From: Octopus bimaculoides
Taxonomy: Eukaryota
NCBI RefSeq assembly: GCF_001194135.2
Contig: NC_068984.1
Coordinates: 65,930,211-65,994,210, forward strand
Reading direction: 5' to 3'
Length of the DNA: 64,000 nt
Each line of letters opens with the position of its first letter. Positions within the stretch are counted from its first letter, which is position 1. Made by a program: the position numbers and the translations under genes. The notes beneath the pieces are model-generated. The model made no database searches and was not told the DNA's origin. It worked only from the letters and a program-made list of their open reading frames with translations. Positions 1 through 10,531 of this stretch are shown here, one piece after another.

Positions 1-609
1 TTGCGCTGGTATGGACATGTGGTGAGAATGGATGAGGATAGCTGCATGAAAAAGTGCCACACCCTAACAGGTGAGGGAACCCGTGGAAGAGGTAGGCGCA
101 GGAAGACCTGGGCTGAGGGGTGGTGAGGCAATACCTTTGTACATTGGGCCTCACCGAGGCGATGACTACTGACCGAGACCTTTGGAAATGTGCTGTACGT
201 GAGAAGACCCGGCAAGCCAAGTAAGATCGTTGCCAGTGCCCCTGGACTGGTTCTTGTGCGGGTGGCACATGAGATGCACCATTTTGAGCGTGGCCGTTGC
301 CAGTACCGCCTGACTGGCTCCCGTAGGATTTTCGAGCGAGATCGTTGCCAGTGCCTCTGGACTGGCTAGTGCGGGTGGCACATAAAAGACACCATTTCGA
401 GCGTGGCCGTTTTCGTGCGGGTGACACGTAAAAACACCCACTACACTCTCTGAGTGGTTGGCGTTAGGAAGGGCATCCAGCTGTAGAAACTCTGCCAAAT
501 CAGACTGGAGCCTGGTGTTGCCATCCGGTTTCACCAGTCCTCAGTCAAATCGTCCAACCCATGCTAGCATGGAAAGCGGACGTTAAATGATGATGATGAT
601 GATGATGAT
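1..609 (+). mobile_element. RTE-clade LINE 3' end: ORF C-terminus, 3' UTR with tandem repeats, and (GAT)n tail; truncated by window edge
   Basis: Frame 1 reads LRWYGHVVRMDEDSCMKKCHTLTGEGTRGRGRRRKTWAE. After a 1-nt frameshift it continues VVRQYLCTLGLTEAMTTDRDLWKCAVREKTRQAK, with TAA at 222-224. LRWxGHVxRM...RGRP/RxTW is the characteristic post-RT motif of RTE elements. The 3' UTR ends in GACGTTAAA followed by (GAT)n at 588-609. Confidence 0.9.
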
Positions 610-759
610 TAAGAATATTTGGTATAGAAAAAAAAAATCCCCAAAAGACTCACATTAACACAAATTTTGATGTTCCAAATACAGGCTCTTAGATTACTTA
701 TTCAAATAATTCTAGATTAAGGAAATAATAATTAAATTGTTGCAAGTTGAAATATAGCT

Positions 760-990
760 TCTTTCTGATCCTCATCTTTGACATCTTCAAGAATTAAACA
801 CTGGTTTATCCATGATCTCAGCAATAAATTTTGTAATACATATTTAATGCATTATCATCATCATAGTTATCTTTTTAACAACTGTTTTATCCAGCTTTGG
901 CCTTCCTCTTCCTTTGGATCTTTCCACATAAATCTTGCATGTCCTTACCAGAATATTTATTCCTCTTATACCTAATTCTAATGGTTATTA
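760..990 (-). mobile_element. Highly decayed LINE (RTE-like) ORF C-terminal remnant
   Basis: The minus strand reads ...LGIRGINILVRTCKIYVERSKGRGRPKLD..., which contains the GRGRP motif. The rest is very degenerate. Confidence 0.35.
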
Positions 991-3900
991 TCTTTGTTCT
1001 CAGCAAGTATGGATGAAAAATTTCAGGCCAGTTTTGATCTTATTTAAACCTCCACAACAAAGCAAAAAACCTTAAATGTACCAAAATAGTGATAATGTAA
1101 AACATAAGAATTATGTACTTGTTTCATATATTAAAATAAAATTTTTCAAATAAACCAAAATTGTTTAGAAATTAATAACTCTTACTACTCTGGGTACAAG
1201 TCTGAAATTTAAGGAGGTGGGGGAATTAGTTAATTACATCGACATCTGAGGCAAAAATTATTACACAAACTTCAAATAAAATTATCAACAAAAAGAATGT
1301 GAAATAATAGTCATAATGATATTTATGTCAGGAAGTAAAATTAAAATTAACTCATATAACTAAACACATATGTGTGAAGATCAATAGTCAAGAAGACATA
1401 ATTTCTGAGTCATATGTGAGCTTACATCAAATTATTTCAATTGTTTGGGAATTCAATTTTATGTTAACATTTGTAAACGGTAGATATCACTATGTTATAG
1501 CTGATACTTAATATTGAGAGAAATTACGATTGTCATGGTAATAATCTATCATGCCAGGCATCTGCATAGCTAGTTAATACAAATGTGAGGAAGTGCAAGC
1601 AAGAGCTAAAATATGCACAAGTGACTGCTTATTTTGTGTTCTCCACGCAAAACCCTCCCAATTCTAAAACCTAGTATCACAATATTTTTTCACATTTTCC
1701 ATTGCTAAGATCACACAAATCATAAAAAAAGGTTTAAGTCCAATGCTTTACACAATATTTACACTTCAGTTACTTTATACTTTTAATATAAAAAATAATT
1801 TTATATGCTTTTGTAGGTGGGGGTGATGTTAACCTTATCAGGAACCCTGTTAACTATGAGACTACTTTATTGGTTATTAGGAATGCCATCAAAGTTTCAT
1901 TCATAATTTTTTGTAATGATGATGATATGTGAAGTCAAGGAAAGAGATCTAATAGTAATTTAATATCTATTCAGCTTCCTATCTTTATACTTCAGAGCAT
2001 GTCCACGGTAGAGCAACATACATTTTCATAATTTTCTTCCATATCCATCTTATTTTCTACTGTCCATTCTTTTGAAACTTCACATTAACCATATCAGTCT
2101 TATATTTCTATGCACTCCATATTGATGTGAGTGTTCTTTCTTGTATGCAATAAACAGTACTTTTACTTCATTGACCTAAAAATAAAACAAACCTCATATT
2201 TAGCTAGCTTGTCTCTATAACAGCTAAAATTTGTTAATAGCAGTAATCTCTCGGGAATCAGTGGGATGTTAATAAATGAGGTGAAATGGCATTAGGTACT
2301 TTTAAATTAAGTACTTTTAAACGCTTTTCATATAATGAACTCCTATAACATAAGACATTCTACACTAGTTTTCATACAAGATAACTTTCTGGACTAATCT
2401 ATAGTTCCTAGTATAACTTCATCATTATTTGAATGGATATATCTCTACCATTATAAAAATATATACATTATTATATTAATATAAAATCAGAAGCATTATT
2501 TGGCTATAGTTATCTTACACTATATTACTTTCCTTTTCACCCAAAATTCATATATTCTATGTAACTCCATTTTCACACATCATTTCATTGGAAGAGAGTG
2601 AATAGAAAGTTACTTTAATTTCTTTTTCTTTGAAATGAAAAGGGGATGCAGCTTTTAAAGCTGTTACAACATAAAAATAAATCTAATATACCACAGGGCA
2701 GAGGTGACACATTTAGCATGGAGAAATTAAAAACACATTTATTCACTGGCAAACTGGTTGGCACAAGTAACGATATTTAACCATTAAAAAAATTCTAACA
2801 AATCAAATATTTATCCAACCCATACTAGCTTGTAAAACATATTGAACTAATAGAAAACGGAAATGGTTGAGAGCAAATACAATTTTTTTTGTTTATTGTA
2901 AGAGTACATCATATTTTATTGAGATTGTTATTTCTATATTTTATGCTGCTTATTTAGCAATAGGCTGCTTTTAAAATTACTATTTACACATGGTTAACAA
3001 ATATATACTCTTGCTCCTAAATCACAAATGTACACTCATACATGCACACTTAACTCCACAGAAATTTATATAAAGAATTAGATGTCTCATGAAGATAAAA
3101 ATAATGTTTTTACCAGAGGGAGAAAAAGGCAGACAGATAAACATACATAGGAAATGAGAGAAAAATTCATAGAAAGAGAGTGAGAGAGTATGTGCAAAGT
3201 AATTCAATATACCCAAGGAAATCAATAAGTCTTAAATGTTATCTTTATTCATGAATATACACATAAAGCTTACACACATACACAAACGCAAAATTTTTCT
3301 AAACCCTATCAAAAACAGGATTTGATATTTCAGATATACTTTTTATATATTATTACTAATTATAATGCTTGCAGAATTTAATTATAGATATTATCATTTT
3401 GTTACTAACACTAGATTTGCTTGAGCTTCACTCCTAACAATACTCTGTTATGAATCCCTCAGAATATCCTTTACCTGCAGTTGGGCCTAACAAAATAAAA
3501 TCAGAGCCTTTTTATTACATTGTGAATGAGCACATCTCACCTGCAAAGTTTTCTTTGTGCTGAGATCTATAGAGCCAACAGGACACTCAGAAATGTTACA
3601 AAGACTTTATACTTAATAGTTTCAAATTCAGAAATTATAATTCAAATAAATGGCTGTATAGAAATCTGTTAGAAGATTGTGCTTACCAAATAAAACAAGA
3701 TAGGAGCCTAAAGAAAAAAAGAACTGTTCAAGTTATACTTTTTGGCTTTCCTTTCTCTTCCTTTAACAATCTGATTATTTATCTTTATCATTGTTTCAGC
3801 TGAGTAAGGCTAAAAACAATTATCATCACACTTTTTTTATATATTAAACATAGCAAATATCAGTTTTGTCAATATATTAAAAAATGCTAAGATTCAGACT

Positions 3901-4710
3901 ATTGATTATATTATGTACGTCTATAAAATAAAAAAAAACATTTTCAAATATAAAGATGCATAGCAATTGTTGAACATTTCCATATATTTAGCACTCACTA
4001 AAAATAGACAAGCCACACATATTATATACTGTTAGAACTAAATGCACTCTGATTATATAATACATGAATATATCATTAAAAACTCATAAAGCAGAGCACA
4101 ACCAGTACAACATATAATCACAAATTCAAAGTTTGAATATAATACATCAGAATGAAAAACCTTTTAATATGAACCTACAAACTAGCAAATAGGAAAACTT
4201 CAGACAAACAATGCAATATACAAATGTAACCATGAAACTTTATAATTTAAACTGTTACATCAGTTATGACATCAGGTAAGACATTTTCTCACCAGTAGAC
4301 CATGCATTCACAACAAAGAGCCTTTGTAATTCCTTATAAGGTAGTACACAAAGTGAAATTGGATAGAGAAACACGCATTGAAACTATGCATGCCATTTAT
4401 TAATGCCATGTCAATACATTTCTGAGGAAAAGAAGGTGCACAATATGAGCATTTAATGATTTAATTCACAGTGACTGCATATTTGTTCGCACCGAAAAAT
4501 ATGCATTTATCACACTAAAATTTGCTACAAAACTCCACACTGTTACACATTCAATGAAGTTGCCAGTCATAAAGTTATTGTGAATTGCTGGCTGATCAAT
4601 AAGGATTGATTAGCTAGCTTATTAATATGCAATCAGGTAGATGAAAATATACTGAGGTGTTCGTTTTTCCAGCAATTATCTCTAGCTTTCCCAATCATTT
4701 CTTGCACAGT

Positions 4711-5125
4711 AGGTACAGGCATGGCTGCATGGTTAAGAAATTTGTTTCTCAACAACAAAACTTTAGATTCAGTCTTCAACAATAGCCCAGAGCTGTCTAA
4801 AGCCTTATTAGTGGATTTGGGAGCTAGAAACTAATATATGTGTGTGTGTGTGTGTGTGTGTTTGCATGCATAAATATGTGTATGAGTGTGTGTAGGTTTG
4901 TGTCTCTTCATCTTGACAGCATATGATAATTGTAAATGCGTGTCGCTGTCATAAAAGTACAGTCGTTCATTTTCAGTATTCTGCACAAACGTATCTGTCA
5001 ATGAGGAAATATTACCTTACTTGGAAGCAGGTGAAGATTGGAAACAGGAAGGGCTTCCAACCTCAGAACATCTGCTTCAATAAACTCCAACCAAGCATGA
5101 AAAAATAGATGATGAAGATGATAAC
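4711..5125 (+). mobile_element. tRNA-derived SINE ending in an RTE-type 3' tail
   Basis: The head AGGTACAGGCATGGCTGCATGGTTAAG is an A-box-like variant of the head at 62093, followed by GCCTTATTAGTGGATTTGG and a (TG)n tract. The 3' end AGGAAGGGCTTCCAACC...CCAACCAAGCATG...GATGATGAAGATGAT aligns with the RTE tail at 467-609. Confidence 0.7.
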
Positions 5126-5412
5126 AATCAAAACCTGATTGTGACAAAACTTCAATATATTTCACACACTTTGATCTGAAATGCCTCATGCAGCATCATG
5201 CCTCTATTGTAATCTGAAAGCCTTCACACACCTGCTTTTCCTTTTTCAATAGTGAACTAATCCAAATGCAGATTAAGCTCTCTTCTCTATGAGAGTCCAT
5301 ATTAAAATGCAAAGAAAAGTAAATTGTATTTGTTCACAGGTTTATGCAGTCTCAGTTAAATCAATTATTGTTTTAATAGAGAGACATATATATCCTATAA
5401 TATTTTCAACTT

Positions 5413-5612
5413 AAGGCAGCAAGCTGGCAGAAACGTTAGCATGTCAGGTGAAATGCTTAGTAGTATTTCGTCTGTCTTTATGTTCTGAGTTCAAATTTCA
5501 CCAAGGTCAACTCTGCCTTTCATCCTTTCGGGGTTGATTAAGTAAGTACCAGTTGTGTACTCAGTTCAATCTGATCGACTGGGCCCCTCCCCAAAATTTT
5601 TGGGCCTTGTGC
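5413..5612 (+). mobile_element. tRNA-derived SINE with Meta-like core (family C)
   Basis: Head GGCAGCAAGCTGGCAGAAACGTTAGC, B-box-like GAGTTCAAATT, and core GCCTTTCATCCTTTCGGGGTTGATTAAGTAAGTACCAG. Homologous copies occur elsewhere in the window. Confidence 0.85.
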
Positions 5613-5682
5613 AAAAGAATATTTTCGACTTAGGAAGGATTTGAAACATCCCATGTGAACAAAAAATTATTGTTCACACTTA

Positions 5683-5874
5683 CTGTATTTTCTGGCATAC
5701 AAATAACATTTTACATACCAATATTGGCAGACAACAAAAAGCAGGTTAACTTAATACACCAAGATGACTTTCAAGGACCAAAAATTACATGTGAAATGCA
5801 GCAGGATTTGGACAGATAAGACAGTGCATGAAAGTTTGCACTCTGCTACATTGATTTGTATGCCAGAAATACTG
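5683..5874. mobile_element. Tc1/mariner-superfamily (pogo/Tigger-like) MITE, ~192 bp, TA target-site duplication
   Basis: Left TIR CTGTATTTTCTGGCATACAAAT matches the reverse complement of the right end, CAGTATTTCTGGCATACAAAT. TA lies at 5681-5682 and 5875-5876. A second copy is at ~49253. Confidence 0.8.
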
Positions 5875-5977
5875 TATTAGCAATATGAAGTCAATGGTAA
5901 TAACTTTGGATATGTAAATCAATTGCATAAATGTGTGTATACACACACACTCACACACACAAATACTCTTTTCCTCA

Positions 5978-6418
5978 TTTACTTGTTTCAGTCATTTGAC
6001 TGTGGCCATGTTCAAGCACTGCCTTTAGTCGAACAAATCGACCCCAAGATTTATTCTTTGTAAGCCTAATAATTATTCTATCGATCTCTTTTGCTAAACC
6101 ACNNNNNNNNNNNNNNNNNNNNNNNNNNNNNNNNNNNNNNNNNNNNNNNNNNNNNNNNNNNNNNNNNNNNNNNNNNNNNNNNNNNNNNNNNNNNNNNNNN
6201 NNNNNNNNNNNNNNNNNNNNNNNNNNNNNNNNNNNNNNNNNNNNNNNNNNATATACGACAGGCTTCTTTCAGTTTCCATCTACCAAATCCACTCACAAGG
6301 CTTTGGTTGGCCCAAGGCTATAGTAGAAGACACTTACCAAGGTGCCACACAGTGGGACTGAACCTGGTACCATGTGGTTGGTGAGCAAGCTACTTAGCAC
6401 ACAGCCACTCCTGTGCCT
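5978..6418 (-). mobile_element. tRNA-derived CORE-like SINE (family B), spanning an assembly gap
   Basis: Minus-strand head AGGCACAGGAGTGGCTGTGTGCTAAGTAGCTTGCTCACCAACCACATGGTACCAGGTTCAGTCCCAC has A and B boxes. The CORE-like segment is GCACCTTGGTAAGTGTCTTC, and the 3' end is GCAGTGCTTGAACATGGCCACAGTCAAATGACTGAAACAAGT. Confidence 0.9.
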
Positions 6419-7049
6419 ATTTACTTCATATCAGTTGTATAACTATGTTTCAAACTTGATAAACTACATACCAAACACTATCACCCTAATAAAACAATTT
6501 TCAACTAATCTCTAATACACACATTCAAGAAAGGAACAATAAATGAAACAAGAACTTGTACTATCCTAGGTAAGTAAGAACAATCAAATAAGACAGTGAC
6601 ATTGAGTAGAATGATTAACATGGACTGAAAACATATTTAATATAATCAGGTAACTTCCCTCATCAGCTTCCAGTTGAATATCAATGTAATTTTGACACCT
6701 TAATATGCAATCACTATATTTTAATATAATGAATAATGTATATTCTCATTTCCACTTTTCCAAATTTCCTTTTATTGATACATTAAACAATCCAAGATAC
6801 TTAATCTGACTTTCTAAACACCTGAGATAACAGTCACCCAAACAGTTACACTATTGTCAAAATTATTTTGCTTTTACATAAATCATTGGCAGCTGTATAG
6901 GTTTTCAGCATGACAAATGCTAAGGTAATAACTGCAATTTCACTAATAATGTATACAATCAGCACTTGTATGTTTGTGTCTACACACATACATTCAGAAG
7001 CAGGATTCTGCTGATGTGAGAATATATAGATGGTATCTATCTATTATCT

Positions 7050-7260
7050 TTTACTTTGATTATGGCCATGCTGGTGTACCACTTTGAAGGATTTTAGTTG
7101 AACAAATTGATCCCAGGACTTTTTTCCTTGAGCCAGGTACTTATTCTATCAGTCTCTTTAGATACAGGGACATGAACATACCAACACCAGTTGTCAACCA
7201 GTGGAGGGGAACAGACACAAACATAAAGACACACACACATAGATATATACATAGACACAC

Positions 7261-7296
<36 letters not shown>

Positions 7297-7352
7297 GTAT
7301 ACACACAAACATATATATATACATATATACATATATATGTATATATATGACG
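7050..7352 (-). mobile_element. Family B SINE, 5'-truncated
   Basis: Contains ACTTATTCTATCAGTCTCTTT, CAGTTGTCAACCAGTGG, a (TA/CA)n linker and GACGGGCTTCTTTCAGT, homologous to 28953-29341. Confidence 0.8.
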
Positions 7353-10104
7353 GGCTTCTTTCAGTAGTTTGAACAGTACTAATTTAATATGTTATTTCAT
7401 TCTCTCGCATGCCACATGTTCTTTAATAACAATCTAGCAGAGACTAATACTTGATCTGTTCTAATACTAGCTGCTATACAGTGTACTGTAATGTGAAACT
7501 CTGAGTAACACTTTGTGAAGGCTTTTTTCAGCTTTATTAAAAAGAATATTGCCTTACCTTTGCTATTTCAATACTATTTTTCCCACTTTGTTTTCATGTG
7601 TGTGCTTACTTGTGTAAACGGATATATATATGAAGATTAAAATGTAGATAAAAACTGAGAATTAAAACTAGTGAAGAGAATTGTTTCTCAATTTCCCACT
7701 GAATTTTTAAAAGAGGAAGAACATGAATTTTGATACACTTAAAATTTACTTAACAGTTTAATTGGAAAAACTTCCCCAAATGAACAATAATCAGCAATTT
7801 TAAAATCTCCTTGTAGCCAAGGATAAACTTCACAGAATGATTATATTCTTTGCATTAAATGTTTTATAAATGCCTACACATTATTATTTCAAGTCACCAT
7901 ATGTGCCAGAAAAATAAATTGTGTAAATGCAATGAGATAATTGTCATCTATCAGTGTTTACAAGAAGCAACATTTAATGAACCTGCAAACCAACATTGAT
8001 GGTAGGAAGGTTATAAGTTTCAACACACAATATAAATGCAAAAATATGCTTTATTTTCTTTGGCTCATTTTTCCTTGTTAAGTGGAATGAAAATGTGGTG
8101 AGACACTGTCAACTTATGGTGTTTATAAGAAGTAAAATTGTAAACTTTCCAAACATATTTAGGGGAGTAAAGATTAGAAATTTCAATATACCATAGCAAT
8201 ACAAAAATATGCTTAACGCCAAAATGATTCGATTAGCTTTCATATAATTTGGTTTTCCTTTGCTCCCTTTTCCTTGTGTAATGAATGTAATAATTTAAAG
8301 TTAATTTAAACTCCTCTATTAGAAAAATCAATAAGGAAAAGGAGAAAAATAGAATGACAGTCTCAGAAAAATATTTCTCTTTAAAAACATTGTCATTAAT
8401 GGGTTGCAGTCTTAGCACTAGTAGCACTTAAATGCCTCCTGCAAAAGTATTGTGCTCTTTTTTTGTTCTGTGAAGGTGACATGAATATCATACACAAAAT
8501 GTGACTTTCTTGAACCAAAAGAATTAGACAAATTTCATATGGGGATATAATGGAAGAAAAGGAAACTGAAATATTAGTCAAGAAAGAAATGCTCGTATAT
8601 TTTGTTATTCTTTTTCTAAAATTACAAAGGACGTTTGAGAAAGATTAACAGGGAAAATATTAGTATATTAACTTATGAAGTTATATNNNNNNNNNNNNNN
8701 NNNNNNNNNNNNNNNNNNNNNNNNNNNNNNNNNNNNNNNNNNNNNNNNNNNNNNNNNNNNNNNNNNNNNNNNNNNNNNNNNNNNNNNNNNNNNNNNNNNN
8801 NNNNNNNNNNNNNNNNNNTGTATATATATATATATTCTAATGTAAGTATTCTTGAGGTTATCAATAATGCAAAATAGTAATTGTGATAACTTGGCTAGAT
8901 ATTTTAAATAAACATAGAGTGTATAAACAAGAGCAAAATATAACAAAAAAAAAAAAGAAAGAACTATTAAGTAGAAGATGGGATTTATAATCACTAGTTT
9001 CCTAATTTGATATTTATTGAAGATGTATAACATTCTTACTATATACAATGCTAACTTATCACAAATCACATTCCCAGAAGCTAAAGTATTTGAAGTCATA
9101 TTAATGAAGGTAAGTAGAATTAAGATTTCAGTCACAGAAAAGAAATATCTGCAAATAGAGAAACTTAAGCCTTACTATCTAGAATTCAATATTTTAGCCA
9201 CTGAATATTCTATCTTCTATCCTGAGAAATGTAATTTATATTTAATACAACGCTAAAATATTTATTTGGTTTAAATTAAAGTATTTTATTGAGTTATTAC
9301 TAAAAGCTTTCACTTTCTAATGTCTTGCTCATATGAAGGGTGAAATATTTCATACTTATACATCTTTATGAAATAGACTAAATAGAATGATTGTCAACAT
9401 ATGCTCTAAACTTTTTAGTGGCTATATTTATTGAATGTTAGCACTAGAATAATGCATTAGTGGTACCAAAACTGAGTTTCAGTTTCATTTGGCTTCTCCT
9501 ATTTCAACACCAGATATTACAGTATGTACTTTAAAAATCCAGGAGGATGCAAAATTAAATCAATTTTTTAAAATCCAGATCTATATACTACTGAATAGTA
9601 TTTAACAGTTATGTATGTTAGATTGATGGTCACGCTTTGAGAAATACTGTATTTATTTGTTTAAAGAATCAAATGTAATCCATTTCTTCTGGTTTTAGAT
9701 GTGTTGGAATATTCAGGACAGATTAAACCACTATAATAATGTTACACTTTTCAATGACAGTCATAATACTCATTGTTTTATGATAGTCTACATAAGATTA
9801 TATTGCTCAAAATTGTTGACTATCTTACTAACATGTGGAAATGATTCGAAAGTAAATAGTAAAATCAAAAGAAGAAAGTAACAAAATGTACTTAGTTTCA
9901 ATTTATATGCTACTATGTAACTCCATGTGTGTAATGTACACCACTACAAGAGCAGTTATTTCTTAAAATGTAATATTGTTTCAATAATTTGTCATAATAG
10001 GTAATAACACAAAGATGTTTCAATCATGACTATCCAGTTAATATATCATTTAATACATATATGAAATGTAATGAAAGACATATGTTAACACATTAACATA
10101 GGTC

Positions 10105-10345
10105 TGTCATAAGCCCGAGGACTCATAAAGCTGGCACTTAATCCAGTTTCTATAGTATATAAGTGACCTGTCTGTTGTAGGGATACCTTCCCAGCTATTG
10201 CTGGGACTTATTTACAGCTGAATGGACAGGTTGCAGCATGAAACGAAGTGTTTTGCTCAAAAACACAACATGTTGTTCAATCCAGAAATCAAAACCATGA
10301 TCATTTGATTATGAGTGCAACATCCTAAGTGCTTTACTACACTTT
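10105..10345 (-). mobile_element. tRNA-derived CORE-like SINE (family D)
   Basis: The minus strand has GGATGTTGCACTCATAATCA...GTGTTTTTGAGCAAAACACTT...CTATAGAAACTGG, homologous to 41677-41910 and 61015-61255. Confidence 0.65.
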
Positions 10346-10490
10346 CATTCACATGCAGATACACAATTTTAAAAGAAATAGAGCGTTTTAAACATGGAGC
10401 ATCTTCTTCTGGCGTATTATACACATATTATGCATATTATATAAAAATAACTATGGTAAGAAACAAAATATTATATCATAGAAATTTTCA

Positions 10491-10531
<41 letters not shown>

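Noticed and set aside
166-534. 122-aa minus-strand ORF MKPDGNTRLQSDLAEFLQLDALPNANHS..., with look-alikes at 17640-17933, 41266-41544 and 60456-60743
   Set aside because: These are antisense or off-frame readings of the RTE 3' UTR repeat. They recur because the repeat recurs, not because a protein is conserved.
7094-7372. YIYI/HTHT/CVCV-rich ORFs here and at 10471-10748, 31696-32347, 41381-42235, 56947-57536, 58696-59202 and 62069-62539
   Set aside because: Translations of (TA)n/(CA)n microsatellites, SINE linkers and N-gaps.
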